From Poseidonia sp. (GTDB lineage: Archaea; Thermoplasmatota; Poseidoniia; Poseidoniales; Poseidoniaceae), in assembly GCA_965661285.1 (NCBI GenBank), contig CBFIDD010000001.1, forward strand, positions 530,776 to 594,775: a stretch of 64,000 bases of DNA. The letters are read 5' to 3'. Of this stretch, positions 9,585 through 17,842 are shown piece after piece. The first letter of the stretch is position 1. Each line of letters opens with the position of its first letter. The notes below the pieces were generated by a model. The model was not told the origin of the DNA. It saw nothing but the letters and a program-made list of their open reading frames with translations, and searched no databases. Position numbers and translations under genes: made by a program.

Positions 9585-10043
9585 ATGGACCTCGACGAGA
9601 CGGACCAAGCCCTGTTGAAACGGCTTCACGAAGATGCCCGAGTCAGCCATCGACAACTCGCACGTGAACTGGGGATTGCCCAAGGAACGGTCACGAACCG
9701 CATTCGCCGTCTCGAGAACGAGGGCGTGATCGAAGGCTACCGGGTGGCACTCAACACCGGGGCGCTGGGATGGACCATGACGATCATGGCGGGTTTGCGC
9801 ATCCAGAAAGGGCGCATGATCGATGTCCAGCAGAAAATCTCTGCCGACCCGAGGGTGTTCGCTGTGTACGACGTCACGGGTGACTGGGATTCCATCGTCC
9901 TGGCGAAGGTCAAAGACCGCGCAGATTTGGACAATTTGACAAAAACGGTGTTTACACTCGACGGTGTCGCACGCTCGTACACGCACGTCGTCCTCAACAC
10001 CGTCAAAGAAGAGGCGTTTCCGTCGCTCTCACCGGGAGCGTAA
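9585..10043 (+). CDS. Lrp/AsnC family transcriptional regulator
   Basis: LDETDQALL..L..DARVS...LARELG....TVTNRIRRLE..GVI; VYDVTGDWD. Confidence 0.95.
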   Translation: MDLDETDQALLKRLHEDARVSHRQLARELGIAQGTVTNRIRRLENEGVIEGYRVALNTGALGWTMTIMAGLRIQKGRMIDVQQKISADPRVFAVYDVTGDWDSIVLAKVKDRADLDNLTKTVFTLDGVARSYTHVVLNTVKEEAFPSLSPGA

Positions 10044-10523
10044 ACCTTCGTCGTACACGTCGACCAGCGGGCCCAACGCGCCGACAAGACCCGACAAGCC
10101 TTCGACCACACGAGTTTCTGGCTTGAGGCAGCGCATGAGCGTTGAGCGAAGTCGCTCTTCAATACGAACGTCCAGCGATTCCAAATTACGGCGAATCGTG
10201 GTTTGGAGTCGCCCCCCTGTTCGGTCCCAATCCATCAACACGATGATGCTCGGCCCGCCGTCGTGGACGCTCTTTCGACCGTATGTTTCGACCAGATAGA
10301 CCAGCACATCATCCACCGGCCACCCTCGGTTTAACACCTCGATCGGGCCTTGAAACCCGTAGGCTTCGAGTGCTTCTCGGTCTCGCCGACCTTCAACAAA
10401 CACGACGGCGTTGGCCTCCCGGTTTCGTTGGCGTGCTTCAGCCAGCGCCTGCGCTGCTTTGTGCCAGCGCACTTCAGCATTGGACGGGCCGCGCCCGATG
10501 CCGTGATAGGAATCCGAACTCAA
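10029..10523 (-). CDS. Small Toprim-domain protein (RNase M5/UPF0292-like)
   Basis: VFVEGRRDREAL and LMDWDRTG (Toprim E and DxD). Confidence 0.85.
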   Translation of the reverse strand: MSSDSYHGIGRGPSNAEVRWHKAAQALAEARQRNREANAVVFVEGRRDREALEAYGFQGPIEVLNRGWPVDDVLVYLVETYGRKSVHDGGPSIIVLMDWDRTGGRLQTTIRRNLESLDVRIEERLRSTLMRCLKPETRVVEGLSGLVGALGPLVDVYDEGLRSR

Positions 10524-10843
10524 TCCGTCGCCTCCAGATGGTCCTGTATGCGCTGCGCAATGGCAGCCACATCTCGCACCTCGATGCGGACCGATTTCAA
10601 CCTTGAGCGGTGACCTGTCGTGATGGAAAGATGATGCACTGGAATCTCAAACGTGGCGGCGAGGACGTGCAAGACGGCTTGATTGGCTTGGCCTTGCTTG
10701 GCTGCGGCCCTCACGGCAACGGAAAGGCGTTGGCGCCATCGGTTCAATCCCGTGATGCCTTGTATTTTTGAGGAGGGTTGAACTTCAATGTCAAGGCTGA
10801 CCGAGCCGTCAAGGGTCGTGGAAAGACAGGAAATCGGAGCCAT
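10520..10843 (-). CDS. DUF167 (YggU/UPF0235) family protein
   Basis: VQP.S.....I.G; V.A....GQAN; I..G..SRLK.V.I. Confidence 0.88.
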   Translation of the reverse strand: MAPISCLSTTLDGSVSLDIEVQPSSKIQGITGLNRWRQRLSVAVRAAAKQGQANQAVLHVLAATFEIPVHHLSITTGHRSRLKSVRIEVRDVAAIAQRIQDHLEATD

Positions 10844-11057
10844 AAGTTACGCTCTTCGCGGGGGGTTCAAGTAGCATCGCCCGGATAGTAAAAGTGAGGC
10901 ACGGAATGGTGGCGGAATCGTTCAATTTCAAGGCGAAAAAATCGCGAATAAAACGCATAACGGCTCGCCATGTAGCCTTCGAAAAAATCAGAGGTTCTAG
11001 CCCCCACCAAGCAACGCTTAAGGAGGGGCTACACGGCCGGTTCAACAGGGTGGTTGC

Positions 11058-12041
11058 ATGGTAGCAGAAGATACTGTCTTTGCTGTTCTCTATGATAAGT
11101 TCATGTTTTGGTCCATTCTGGTCGGAATTTTTACTTTCGGCTGGTTGTTTTTGGCCATGCTTCGCTATCGAGACGGCGTCGAGCCCGATACCACACAAAT
11201 CGACCACATCGAGGTGGGTTCGTTCCCGGTCGACCGACACAACACCAAACTTGAGGTGTTTTTCTACGTCCTGCCGACGGCCATCGTTGCGTGGCTCATC
11301 GTCCTCGCCCTCTCATCCAACACGGCGGTTTGGGTCATCCCTGAGGAAGCCGAAGCTCACGACATGAAAATCATCGGCAAGCAGTGGTTCTGGGAATACG
11401 AGTATAAAGACGCCCTGACATGGGAAGACGACCCCGCCATCACCTACATCGACGTTGACTGGAGCGGTACGGCCCTGACCGTGTCAAGTACCAACGCTGC
11501 TGCGGTGAATGTTTCCATTCAGAAAGGTGCAGATTCCCTTCCAGGGAAGTCGCTTGACACTGTAACAGGAGATGCACTCATCGAGGAGACCTTTGACCCC
11601 TACAAGCATTCCATCGTTGAGGTAACCGACGCAGACGGAAACGTGCTCCACACCTGGATGCACATCCCTAAGCAACACGTGTTCTCCTCTGCCCTTGGCG
11701 AAGACATGATTCTTCCTTGCGATGAGGCGGTCGTGTTTGAGATGCACTCCGCCCCCTCTGACGACTCTAACCCCAACTACATCGGCGTCCAGCATTCGTT
11801 CTGGCTCCCTGAATGGGGCGTCAAAGAAGACTTGGTGCCCGGCATCGAAGGTGGCACCTACATGACCATCACCGCCGACGACCCCGGCACCTTCCCCATC
11901 CGTTGTGCAGAGTACTGTGGCAACCAGCACTCCATGATGATCGGTCAAGTCAAGATCGTCGCCGCTGAAGGCACCGATTGTTCGGTTGACACCGGCGTCA
12001 AGAAGAGTGGCGAGTCGCCCCCTGCTGGAGGTGCGTACTGA
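11058..12041 (+). CDS. coxB: Heme-copper oxidase subunit II (CuA)
   Basis: Two TM helices, GKQWFWEYEY, VQHSFWLP, CAEYCGNQHSMM. Confidence 0.95.
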   Translation: MVAEDTVFAVLYDKFMFWSILVGIFTFGWLFLAMLRYRDGVEPDTTQIDHIEVGSFPVDRHNTKLEVFFYVLPTAIVAWLIVLALSSNTAVWVIPEEAEAHDMKIIGKQWFWEYEYKDALTWEDDPAITYIDVDWSGTALTVSSTNAAAVNVSIQKGADSLPGKSLDTVTGDALIEETFDPYKHSIVEVTDADGNVLHTWMHIPKQHVFSSALGEDMILPCDEAVVFEMHSAPSDDSNPNYIGVQHSFWLPEWGVKEDLVPGIEGGTYMTITADDPGTFPIRCAEYCGNQHSMMIGQVKIVAAEGTDCSVDTGVKKSGESPPAGGAY

Positions 12042-14362
12042 TGCGAGGTCGTGTCACGCTCCTGCTCGGCGTGCTCTTGGTCGCATTGATGGCCGCACCT
12101 CAATTCACAGCTGCTCCCGGCGGCATTGGCTCTGCCGGCGACCAAGGTTGTACCTGTCACGGCGGTGCCTCCCCCGACACCACGGTTCTCGTGGACGGCC
12201 TCCCTGAAACCTACAACGCCAGCGAGACGTACACCTTCACCGTCACCGTGCAAAACGACGTAATGGAAATCAACGAGGTCGACTGGAACGGACGAGCCGG
12301 TGGATTCCGCATCCTCGCGTCCCACGGCGACATCACCGCCGTGCCCGAATCCTACAGCCAAATGATGGACGGTGGACTCACCCACACGGAAGAAGCCAAC
12401 ACCGTTCGCTCGTGGACCTTCGAATGGACCGCTCCCGCTGCTGACGACCTCAACGTCGAGATGACCATTTACGGCAACGCTGTGAACGGTGGAAACGGTG
12501 CTGGAGGCGACCACTGGAACGTCGCCACCGTCGCCGTCGCAGGGATCAATGCTGGCGCCGTTGCAGCCAGTGCCAGCGCCCTTGTGATTTTCCTGACCTC
12601 CATTGGACTCGCTGCCGGCCTCATCTTTGCGGGTATCTTGTGGGTGTTCTACCGCCGCTCACCCGAGACCTTCACCATGGAACGGTTCTGGAGCTTCCTT
12701 AAGCCGTGGCTGACCACAACCGACCACAAAGAAGTCGGCATCATGTACTTCCTGTTCGGGTTCTTCTTCTTCCTCGTTGGTGGACTGTTGGCCCTGCTCT
12801 TCCGCATTCAGTTGGCGCTGCCTGAGAACGATTTCCTCACCTACGACGAGTACAACTCCTTCTTCACGCTGCACGGAACGACGATGATTTTCCTCGCCGC
12901 CATGCCGATGATTGCTGGATTCATGAACTACATCCTCCCGCTTCAAATCGGCGCCAAAGACCTCGCTTTCCCACGCATCAACGCCATGGGTCTGTGGTTG
13001 CTCGTCTTCTCCGCACCCCTCATTTTCACCGGCGTCTTTTCAGGTGAGGGTGCTGACATCACGTGGGTCATGTACCCGCCCTATTCCTCACTCAACGAGG
13101 CAAACCTCGGGTCAACCCTCGCCGATTACGGTTCGAACCCCGGCACAACGGCGTTCATTTCAGGCATGCTCATGCTCGGTGCTTCCTCGACCTTGGGCGG
13201 TGTGAACTTCATCACCACCGTGTTCACCATGCGTGCGCCCGGTGTGACGTGGATGAAGATGCCGCTGTTCACCTGGTCGGTCTTCATCAGCGTGTTCATG
13301 CTCTTCATGTCCCTGCCCGCACTCATCATCGGTGTGGCCTTCCTTCTGTTTGACCACACCATCGGAACGCAGTTCTTCGTTGCCGGGGGCGACCCGTTGC
13401 TCTTCCAACATCTGTTCTGGTTCTTCGGCCACCCCGAAGTCTACGTCGTCATCGTGCCGGCCTTCGGTATCGTTTCAGAGGTGCTCGCCACCTCCGCACG
13501 CCGCTCCATCTTCGGCTACAAATCGATGGTGTTCGCCATGGCCGGTATTGGTATCGTCGGTTTCATCGTGTGGGGCCACCACATGCTAACCTCCGGTATG
13601 GACCCGTTCTGGCGTGCGCTTTTCATGATCATGACCATGCTCGTCGCCATCCCGACCGGTGCGAAGATCTTCAACTGGCTCGCCACCCTGTGGGGCGGCT
13701 CGCTGGTGATGAAAACCCACACCCTCTGGTCGTTGGGCTTCCTGGTCACCTTCACGCTGGGTGGTATCTCAGGTATGTTCTTTCCCGTGGCTGGTCTTGA
13801 CATCCACTTCCACGATTCCTACTTCGTGGTGGCTCACTTCCACTACGTGTTCATCGGTGGTACCGTCTTTGCCCTGTTCTCTGCTGTCTACTACTGGTTC
13901 CCGAAGGCCACTGGACGCAAACTCAACGAAACCCTCGGACTGTGGCACTTCCTCATCGGCTTTGCCTCTTACAACGCTGCCTTCTGGCCCATGCACGCCC
14001 TAGGTATCATGGGCATGCCTCGACGAACCCACACCTACACCATTGAATCCGGCTTTGCAGAATACAACATGGCCGTCTCGACCTTCGCCTTCATCTTCGG
14101 TATCAGCCAACTTCTGCTTGTCTGGAACATCATATACTCTGCACGACGTGGAGAACCCGTGGGCAAGGACCCATGGGGCGGCTGGTCCCTCGAATGGTCC
14201 ACGACCTCCCCGCCGCCGACGCCTTCTTTCCACGACATTCCTACGCAGTACGATAAGAATGAGGAATTCGGTCATCACAAGGACGAACCGTCCTTGATGG
14301 ACAGGCTGGTGAAAGCAGAACCGAAAGGTATTGTCGTCGGTCATGTGGAGGGAGAAGAATGA
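12041..14362 (+). CDS. coxA: A1-type heme-copper oxidase subunit I with an N-terminal secreted CxCH/Reeler-like domain
   Basis: WLTTTDHKEVG, TLHG, DLAFPRIN, WFFGHPEVY, WGHHM, TGAK, HFHY; about 220 aa N-terminal extension. Confidence 0.97.
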   Translation: MRGRVTLLLGVLLVALMAAPQFTAAPGGIGSAGDQGCTCHGGASPDTTVLVDGLPETYNASETYTFTVTVQNDVMEINEVDWNGRAGGFRILASHGDITAVPESYSQMMDGGLTHTEEANTVRSWTFEWTAPAADDLNVEMTIYGNAVNGGNGAGGDHWNVATVAVAGINAGAVAASASALVIFLTSIGLAAGLIFAGILWVFYRRSPETFTMERFWSFLKPWLTTTDHKEVGIMYFLFGFFFFLVGGLLALLFRIQLALPENDFLTYDEYNSFFTLHGTTMIFLAAMPMIAGFMNYILPLQIGAKDLAFPRINAMGLWLLVFSAPLIFTGVFSGEGADITWVMYPPYSSLNEANLGSTLADYGSNPGTTAFISGMLMLGASSTLGGVNFITTVFTMRAPGVTWMKMPLFTWSVFISVFMLFMSLPALIIGVAFLLFDHTIGTQFFVAGGDPLLFQHLFWFFGHPEVYVVIVPAFGIVSEVLATSARRSIFGYKSMVFAMAGIGIVGFIVWGHHMLTSGMDPFWRALFMIMTMLVAIPTGAKIFNWLATLWGGSLVMKTHTLWSLGFLVTFTLGGISGMFFPVAGLDIHFHDSYFVVAHFHYVFIGGTVFALFSAVYYWFPKATGRKLNETLGLWHFLIGFASYNAAFWPMHALGIMGMPRRTHTYTIESGFAEYNMAVSTFAFIFGISQLLLVWNIIYSARRGEPVGKDPWGGWSLEWSTTSPPPTPSFHDIPTQYDKNEEFGHHKDEPSLMDRLVKAEPKGIVVGHVEGEE

Positions 14363-15714
14363 GTGGCGGAGAAGCTCACGTTGAGAACAGCGTTTGGATG
14401 CGCGCCGTCTTGATCGGTGGCGTCTTCCTCGCCATCGGTATCCTCGCCTTCGCCACCATGGGCGTTGGTGTGGCCAACATCAAACACCACGATTATGACG
14501 TCGCCATTGAGGAGTATGAGGACGCCAAGTACGCTTACGAAGACGCCAAAGCCAACGGTGCCAGCGAATCGGAAATCAAATCCCTTAAGGAAGCCAAGGA
14601 AGAAGCGCACCACCATGAAATAGAAGCCCATCTATCTTACTTAACGTGGCGAACAGCAGGCATTACCATCCTGCTGATGTGCATCACCTATGCAGCCTTC
14701 ATGGGCCTGGGTGGCTTCATGAACTCGATTTATCCCGACGATGCCGGTCATGACGACCACGGCTACGGTGGCGATGACCACGAGCACCACGGTTCAGGCT
14801 CGCCGATCGTGTTCTCGCTGGGTATTCTGCTCTTCTTGATGGGCTTCCCGTCCTTCCAAGGCGTGCTTGGTAACTTGCTTTCCGGCGTGGATGCCAACCT
14901 TAGCGACCTGGGTTTGAGCATGCTCGGCCTGGTGGTTGTCACCGCCGGTGTTGCCAACTGGTGGCGTGAAGACCTGCCGTTTATCGGCAATCACGAGCAA
15001 ATTGCGACCTCCGATCCCTTTGAAGGTCAACACATCCGCAAGGCCGGCCTTTGGGTCTTCATTATGTCCGAAGTGATGGTTTTCGCCACCTTCTTCTCGT
15101 CCTACCTCCGCATGCGCACAGAATGGTGCACAGGCTGGCAGGTCAACGCTGGAAATTGTGAGGAAGTGAACATGCTCACGGCCTCCGATTTCCTTCGACC
15201 CAACGGCGCCATGCTCGACGGACTGGGTGGACAAGGCGACTTCATGACGCTCTTACCCGGTGCCATCAACACCTTTGCGCTCATCATCTCCTCCTACACC
15301 ATCGTGCTGGCCCTCAAGACGGCCAAGGACAAGGAGTGGACGGCCCCCTCAGGATTCATGGGCAAGCTGATGCCAACCCGAAAAGTCGCTGTCCGAAACT
15401 ACCTGCTCGCTACGTTCATTCTGGGTTCGATGTTTATTGTGCTGAAGCTCATTGAATGGAGCCATCTCGTTGCAGAAGGCTTCACCATCGGAACCCAAGC
15501 GGGCTCCATCTTCTACATCTCAACTGGCGCTCACGGCGTGCACGTCTTTGTCGGCTTGCTCGTGATGCTGTACTTGATTTTCAAGGCAGGCTTTGCTGGA
15601 GACGATGTTGAATATGACGAGAGAAACGCTCAGGGCATCGAATACTTCGGTTTGTACTGGCACTTTGTCGACTTGGCTTGGGTGGTTATCTTCCCGGCCT
15701 TCTATCTGTATTGA
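14359..15714 (+). CDS. coxC: Heme-copper oxidase subunit III with an N-terminal extension
   Basis: GLWVFIMSEVMVFATFF, INTFALIISS, TGAHGVHV, GLYWHFVDLAW. Confidence 0.93.
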   Translation: MSGGEAHVENSVWMRAVLIGGVFLAIGILAFATMGVGVANIKHHDYDVAIEEYEDAKYAYEDAKANGASESEIKSLKEAKEEAHHHEIEAHLSYLTWRTAGITILLMCITYAAFMGLGGFMNSIYPDDAGHDDHGYGGDDHEHHGSGSPIVFSLGILLFLMGFPSFQGVLGNLLSGVDANLSDLGLSMLGLVVVTAGVANWWREDLPFIGNHEQIATSDPFEGQHIRKAGLWVFIMSEVMVFATFFSSYLRMRTEWCTGWQVNAGNCEEVNMLTASDFLRPNGAMLDGLGGQGDFMTLLPGAINTFALIISSYTIVLALKTAKDKEWTAPSGFMGKLMPTRKVAVRNYLLATFILGSMFIVLKLIEWSHLVAEGFTIGTQAGSIFYISTGAHGVHVFVGLLVMLYLIFKAGFAGDDVEYDERNAQGIEYFGLYWHFVDLAWVVIFPAFYLY

Positions 15715-15723
15715 GGTGAGATC

Positions 15724-16119
15724 ATGGGAGAACACGAAACAACTGGAATCTTGGAATCAATTGTTGAAAAACTGCCGGGTGGCTACGACATCTACTTTTG
15801 GAACTTCGTCATCTTGATGTTCTTCACGCTGTTCGAAGTCGCCGCCGTTTTCTTTGAGAAGATCCCCGGTACGGACATTGAAATTTCGCTCTACGCTGTT
15901 TGGGCTATCTTGATTGGCGTTGGTGTCATCAAGGGCTACGGCATCGCTGCCTACTTCATGCACTTGAAGGGCGACCCCCGTATCTACACCCGAACAGCGC
16001 TGTTCCCCGTGCTCTTTGTCTTGTTGATGCTTTGGGGTATCGGACTTTCCAACCCGGGTTCTGTCCAAGCGCTTCCCGACTGGTGCACGCCCAACTGGGA
16101 GTTTGCTAGCCAACGCTGA
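15724..16119 (+). CDS. coxD: Heme-copper oxidase subunit IV family
   Basis: Three TM helices, T..EV, K...IAAYFMHLKGD; SD GAGGTGA. Confidence 0.88.
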   Translation: MGEHETTGILESIVEKLPGGYDIYFWNFVILMFFTLFEVAAVFFEKIPGTDIEISLYAVWAILIGVGVIKGYGIAAYFMHLKGDPRIYTRTALFPVLFVLLMLWGIGLSNPGSVQALPDWCTPNWEFASQR

Positions 16120-16128
16120 GGGTCAACC

Positions 16129-17655
16129 ATGCGAGCCAGCCAAAAAGCACTGGCCGTACTGATGCTCTCGGTTCTCCTGATGGCGCCCGCTTCTGCCTAT
16201 CTTGGTAAACAGTTGGCACGCGGTCCGGTAGATGACTTCACGCTCCTCGACCACAAGGGCGAGTCGTACACCTTTGGAACGGACGCTGAAGGCGTGGTCG
16301 TCGTTTCGTTCATCTTCACCCGATGTCCGGATGTTTGTCCGGTGCTGACGCAGAAATTGATTGCAGTGGACGGGGAACTCAGCGATGAGGAGCGGGAGGA
16401 CGTCACCTTCGTTTCCATCAGCGTTGACCCCGACCACGATACGCCAGAGGTGCTCATGGAATACACCGAGCGCATGGGTGCGTCATGGCCGCATCTCACC
16501 GGTTCAACCGAAGAGATGCAACCGATTTGGGACATGTTTGGGGTGGTGGTTCAACAAAACGTCATCGACATGCACGTGATGGAGTACCAGCCCGGTGAAG
16601 CCTCCGTCACCGTGGTGGACACCGGCAACAACAGTTCTCAACACATGTTCGCTTGGTCGGGATGGAGCATCACACAAACGATGGCATCGACGGCCAATTT
16701 GAGCCTCAACACCTCCGTGCACAGCGAATACGGAACCACCGTCCACGGCATCAACGGCGTGGATTCACCGTCCGACTGGTCGTGGTGGTGGGAGCTCAAC
16801 CTTTGGAATGCCACCAACAGCTCCTGGGAACCATCCGATGTTGGCGTGGACAGCGTGGACGGGTTGGACCATCCACACATCGCCTGGTTGCCCTCAAACG
16901 GCAATCGAAGTGCGCTTTCGCCACCCCACGATGACCATGCGACAAGCTTGAGTGTGCAGTGGCCCAACGGTACGCAAGAACAGTTCGGGCAGGAGGCGTT
17001 CAACGCCTACCACATCACGCAAGGTGCGCTCAACGGGGCCGACGTGAACACGTCCATTGAACTCACAACCTACGGACACTACCTCTCAAGCCTCGGTGAC
17101 GAAGACGCCCCTGACGATTATGCGTGGTGGTGGAACCTCTACGGATGGAATGCAACCGACGAAATGTGGGAATCCTCCAGCGTCGGCATGGACGATTTCA
17201 GCGAACCGCTGCACCTCGCTTGGGCACCCTCCTACACCAATGCCTCAACCATACCAGCCCCAACCGTTGAAGCCTCTGATGAAACGGTCTGCAACGGACA
17301 TGGATGGGAAATGGGCAGCGGCGAATCAAAGCACTGCATGTGCGACAGCGGCTACATCTGGGCCGAGGACGACCAGTTGAGTTGCGTGCCCGAAACCACC
17401 GAGGAATACAACGTGGGCCATTCCACCATCACCTACATTCTCAACGATGATCTTGAACCAACCGTGGCATGGACCGGCGATGCTTGGCGCGTCGAAGACT
17501 TCACGGCCGACGTGAGAGAACTCCTTGAGAAGGAACAATTGGGTGGCTACGAAGCCGGTGTGGTGCCCTCAATTTCGTTGTTGATGACCACCATCGCACT
17601 GCTTTCAGCCACTGTTTTCCTTGGCGCACGCCGAGATGAGACGGACGAAGAGTAG
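16129..17655 (+). CDS. Sco/SenC copper chaperone with a large internal insertion and a C-terminal TM anchor
   Basis: FIFTRCPDVCP, ISVDPDHDTPEVL, W.HLTG; the conserved distal His (YNVGHS) lies about 290 aa further downstream than usual. Confidence 0.9.
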   Translation: MRASQKALAVLMLSVLLMAPASAYLGKQLARGPVDDFTLLDHKGESYTFGTDAEGVVVVSFIFTRCPDVCPVLTQKLIAVDGELSDEEREDVTFVSISVDPDHDTPEVLMEYTERMGASWPHLTGSTEEMQPIWDMFGVVVQQNVIDMHVMEYQPGEASVTVVDTGNNSSQHMFAWSGWSITQTMASTANLSLNTSVHSEYGTTVHGINGVDSPSDWSWWWELNLWNATNSSWEPSDVGVDSVDGLDHPHIAWLPSNGNRSALSPPHDDHATSLSVQWPNGTQEQFGQEAFNAYHITQGALNGADVNTSIELTTYGHYLSSLGDEDAPDDYAWWWNLYGWNATDEMWESSSVGMDDFSEPLHLAWAPSYTNASTIPAPTVEASDETVCNGHGWEMGSGESKHCMCDSGYIWAEDDQLSCVPETTEEYNVGHSTITYILNDDLEPTVAWTGDAWRVEDFTADVRELLEKEQLGGYEAGVVPSISLLMTTIALLSATVFLGARRDETDEE

Positions 17656-17698
17656 GGGGCGAAAGAAGAAAAAGTGGCGCCGCTCCGCCACGGATAGA

Positions 17699-17784
17699 GC
17701 AGTCGTCGCATAGCCTGGTATTGCGCCGGATTTGAAATCCGGTGTCCCCGTGACTCGGGAGTTCAAATCTCTCCGACTGCGCCA
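17699..17784 (+). tRNA. tRNA-Ser(TGA)
   Basis: Acceptor GCAGTCG/CGACTGC + G + encoded CCA; anticodon stem CCGGA/TCCGG with loop ttTGAaa; long variable arm; GTTCAAATC T-loop. Confidence 0.95.
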
Positions 17785-17842
17785 CTCCGATATCGACAAA
17801 AATCAGGGAAGACTTCTCAAACTCCACCCGCTCTCTCGGGGT

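Noticed and set aside
1746-17784. Integrated element bounded by the tyrosine recombinase and tRNA-Ser
   Set aside because: The intervening genes are housekeeping, I saw no duplicated tRNA 3' end (att), and the recombinase looks like a chromosomal XerA.
17732-17842. Upstream extension of the 524-aa ORF
   Set aside because: It overlaps tRNA-Ser, and the signal peptide and lipobox begin at ATG 17843.
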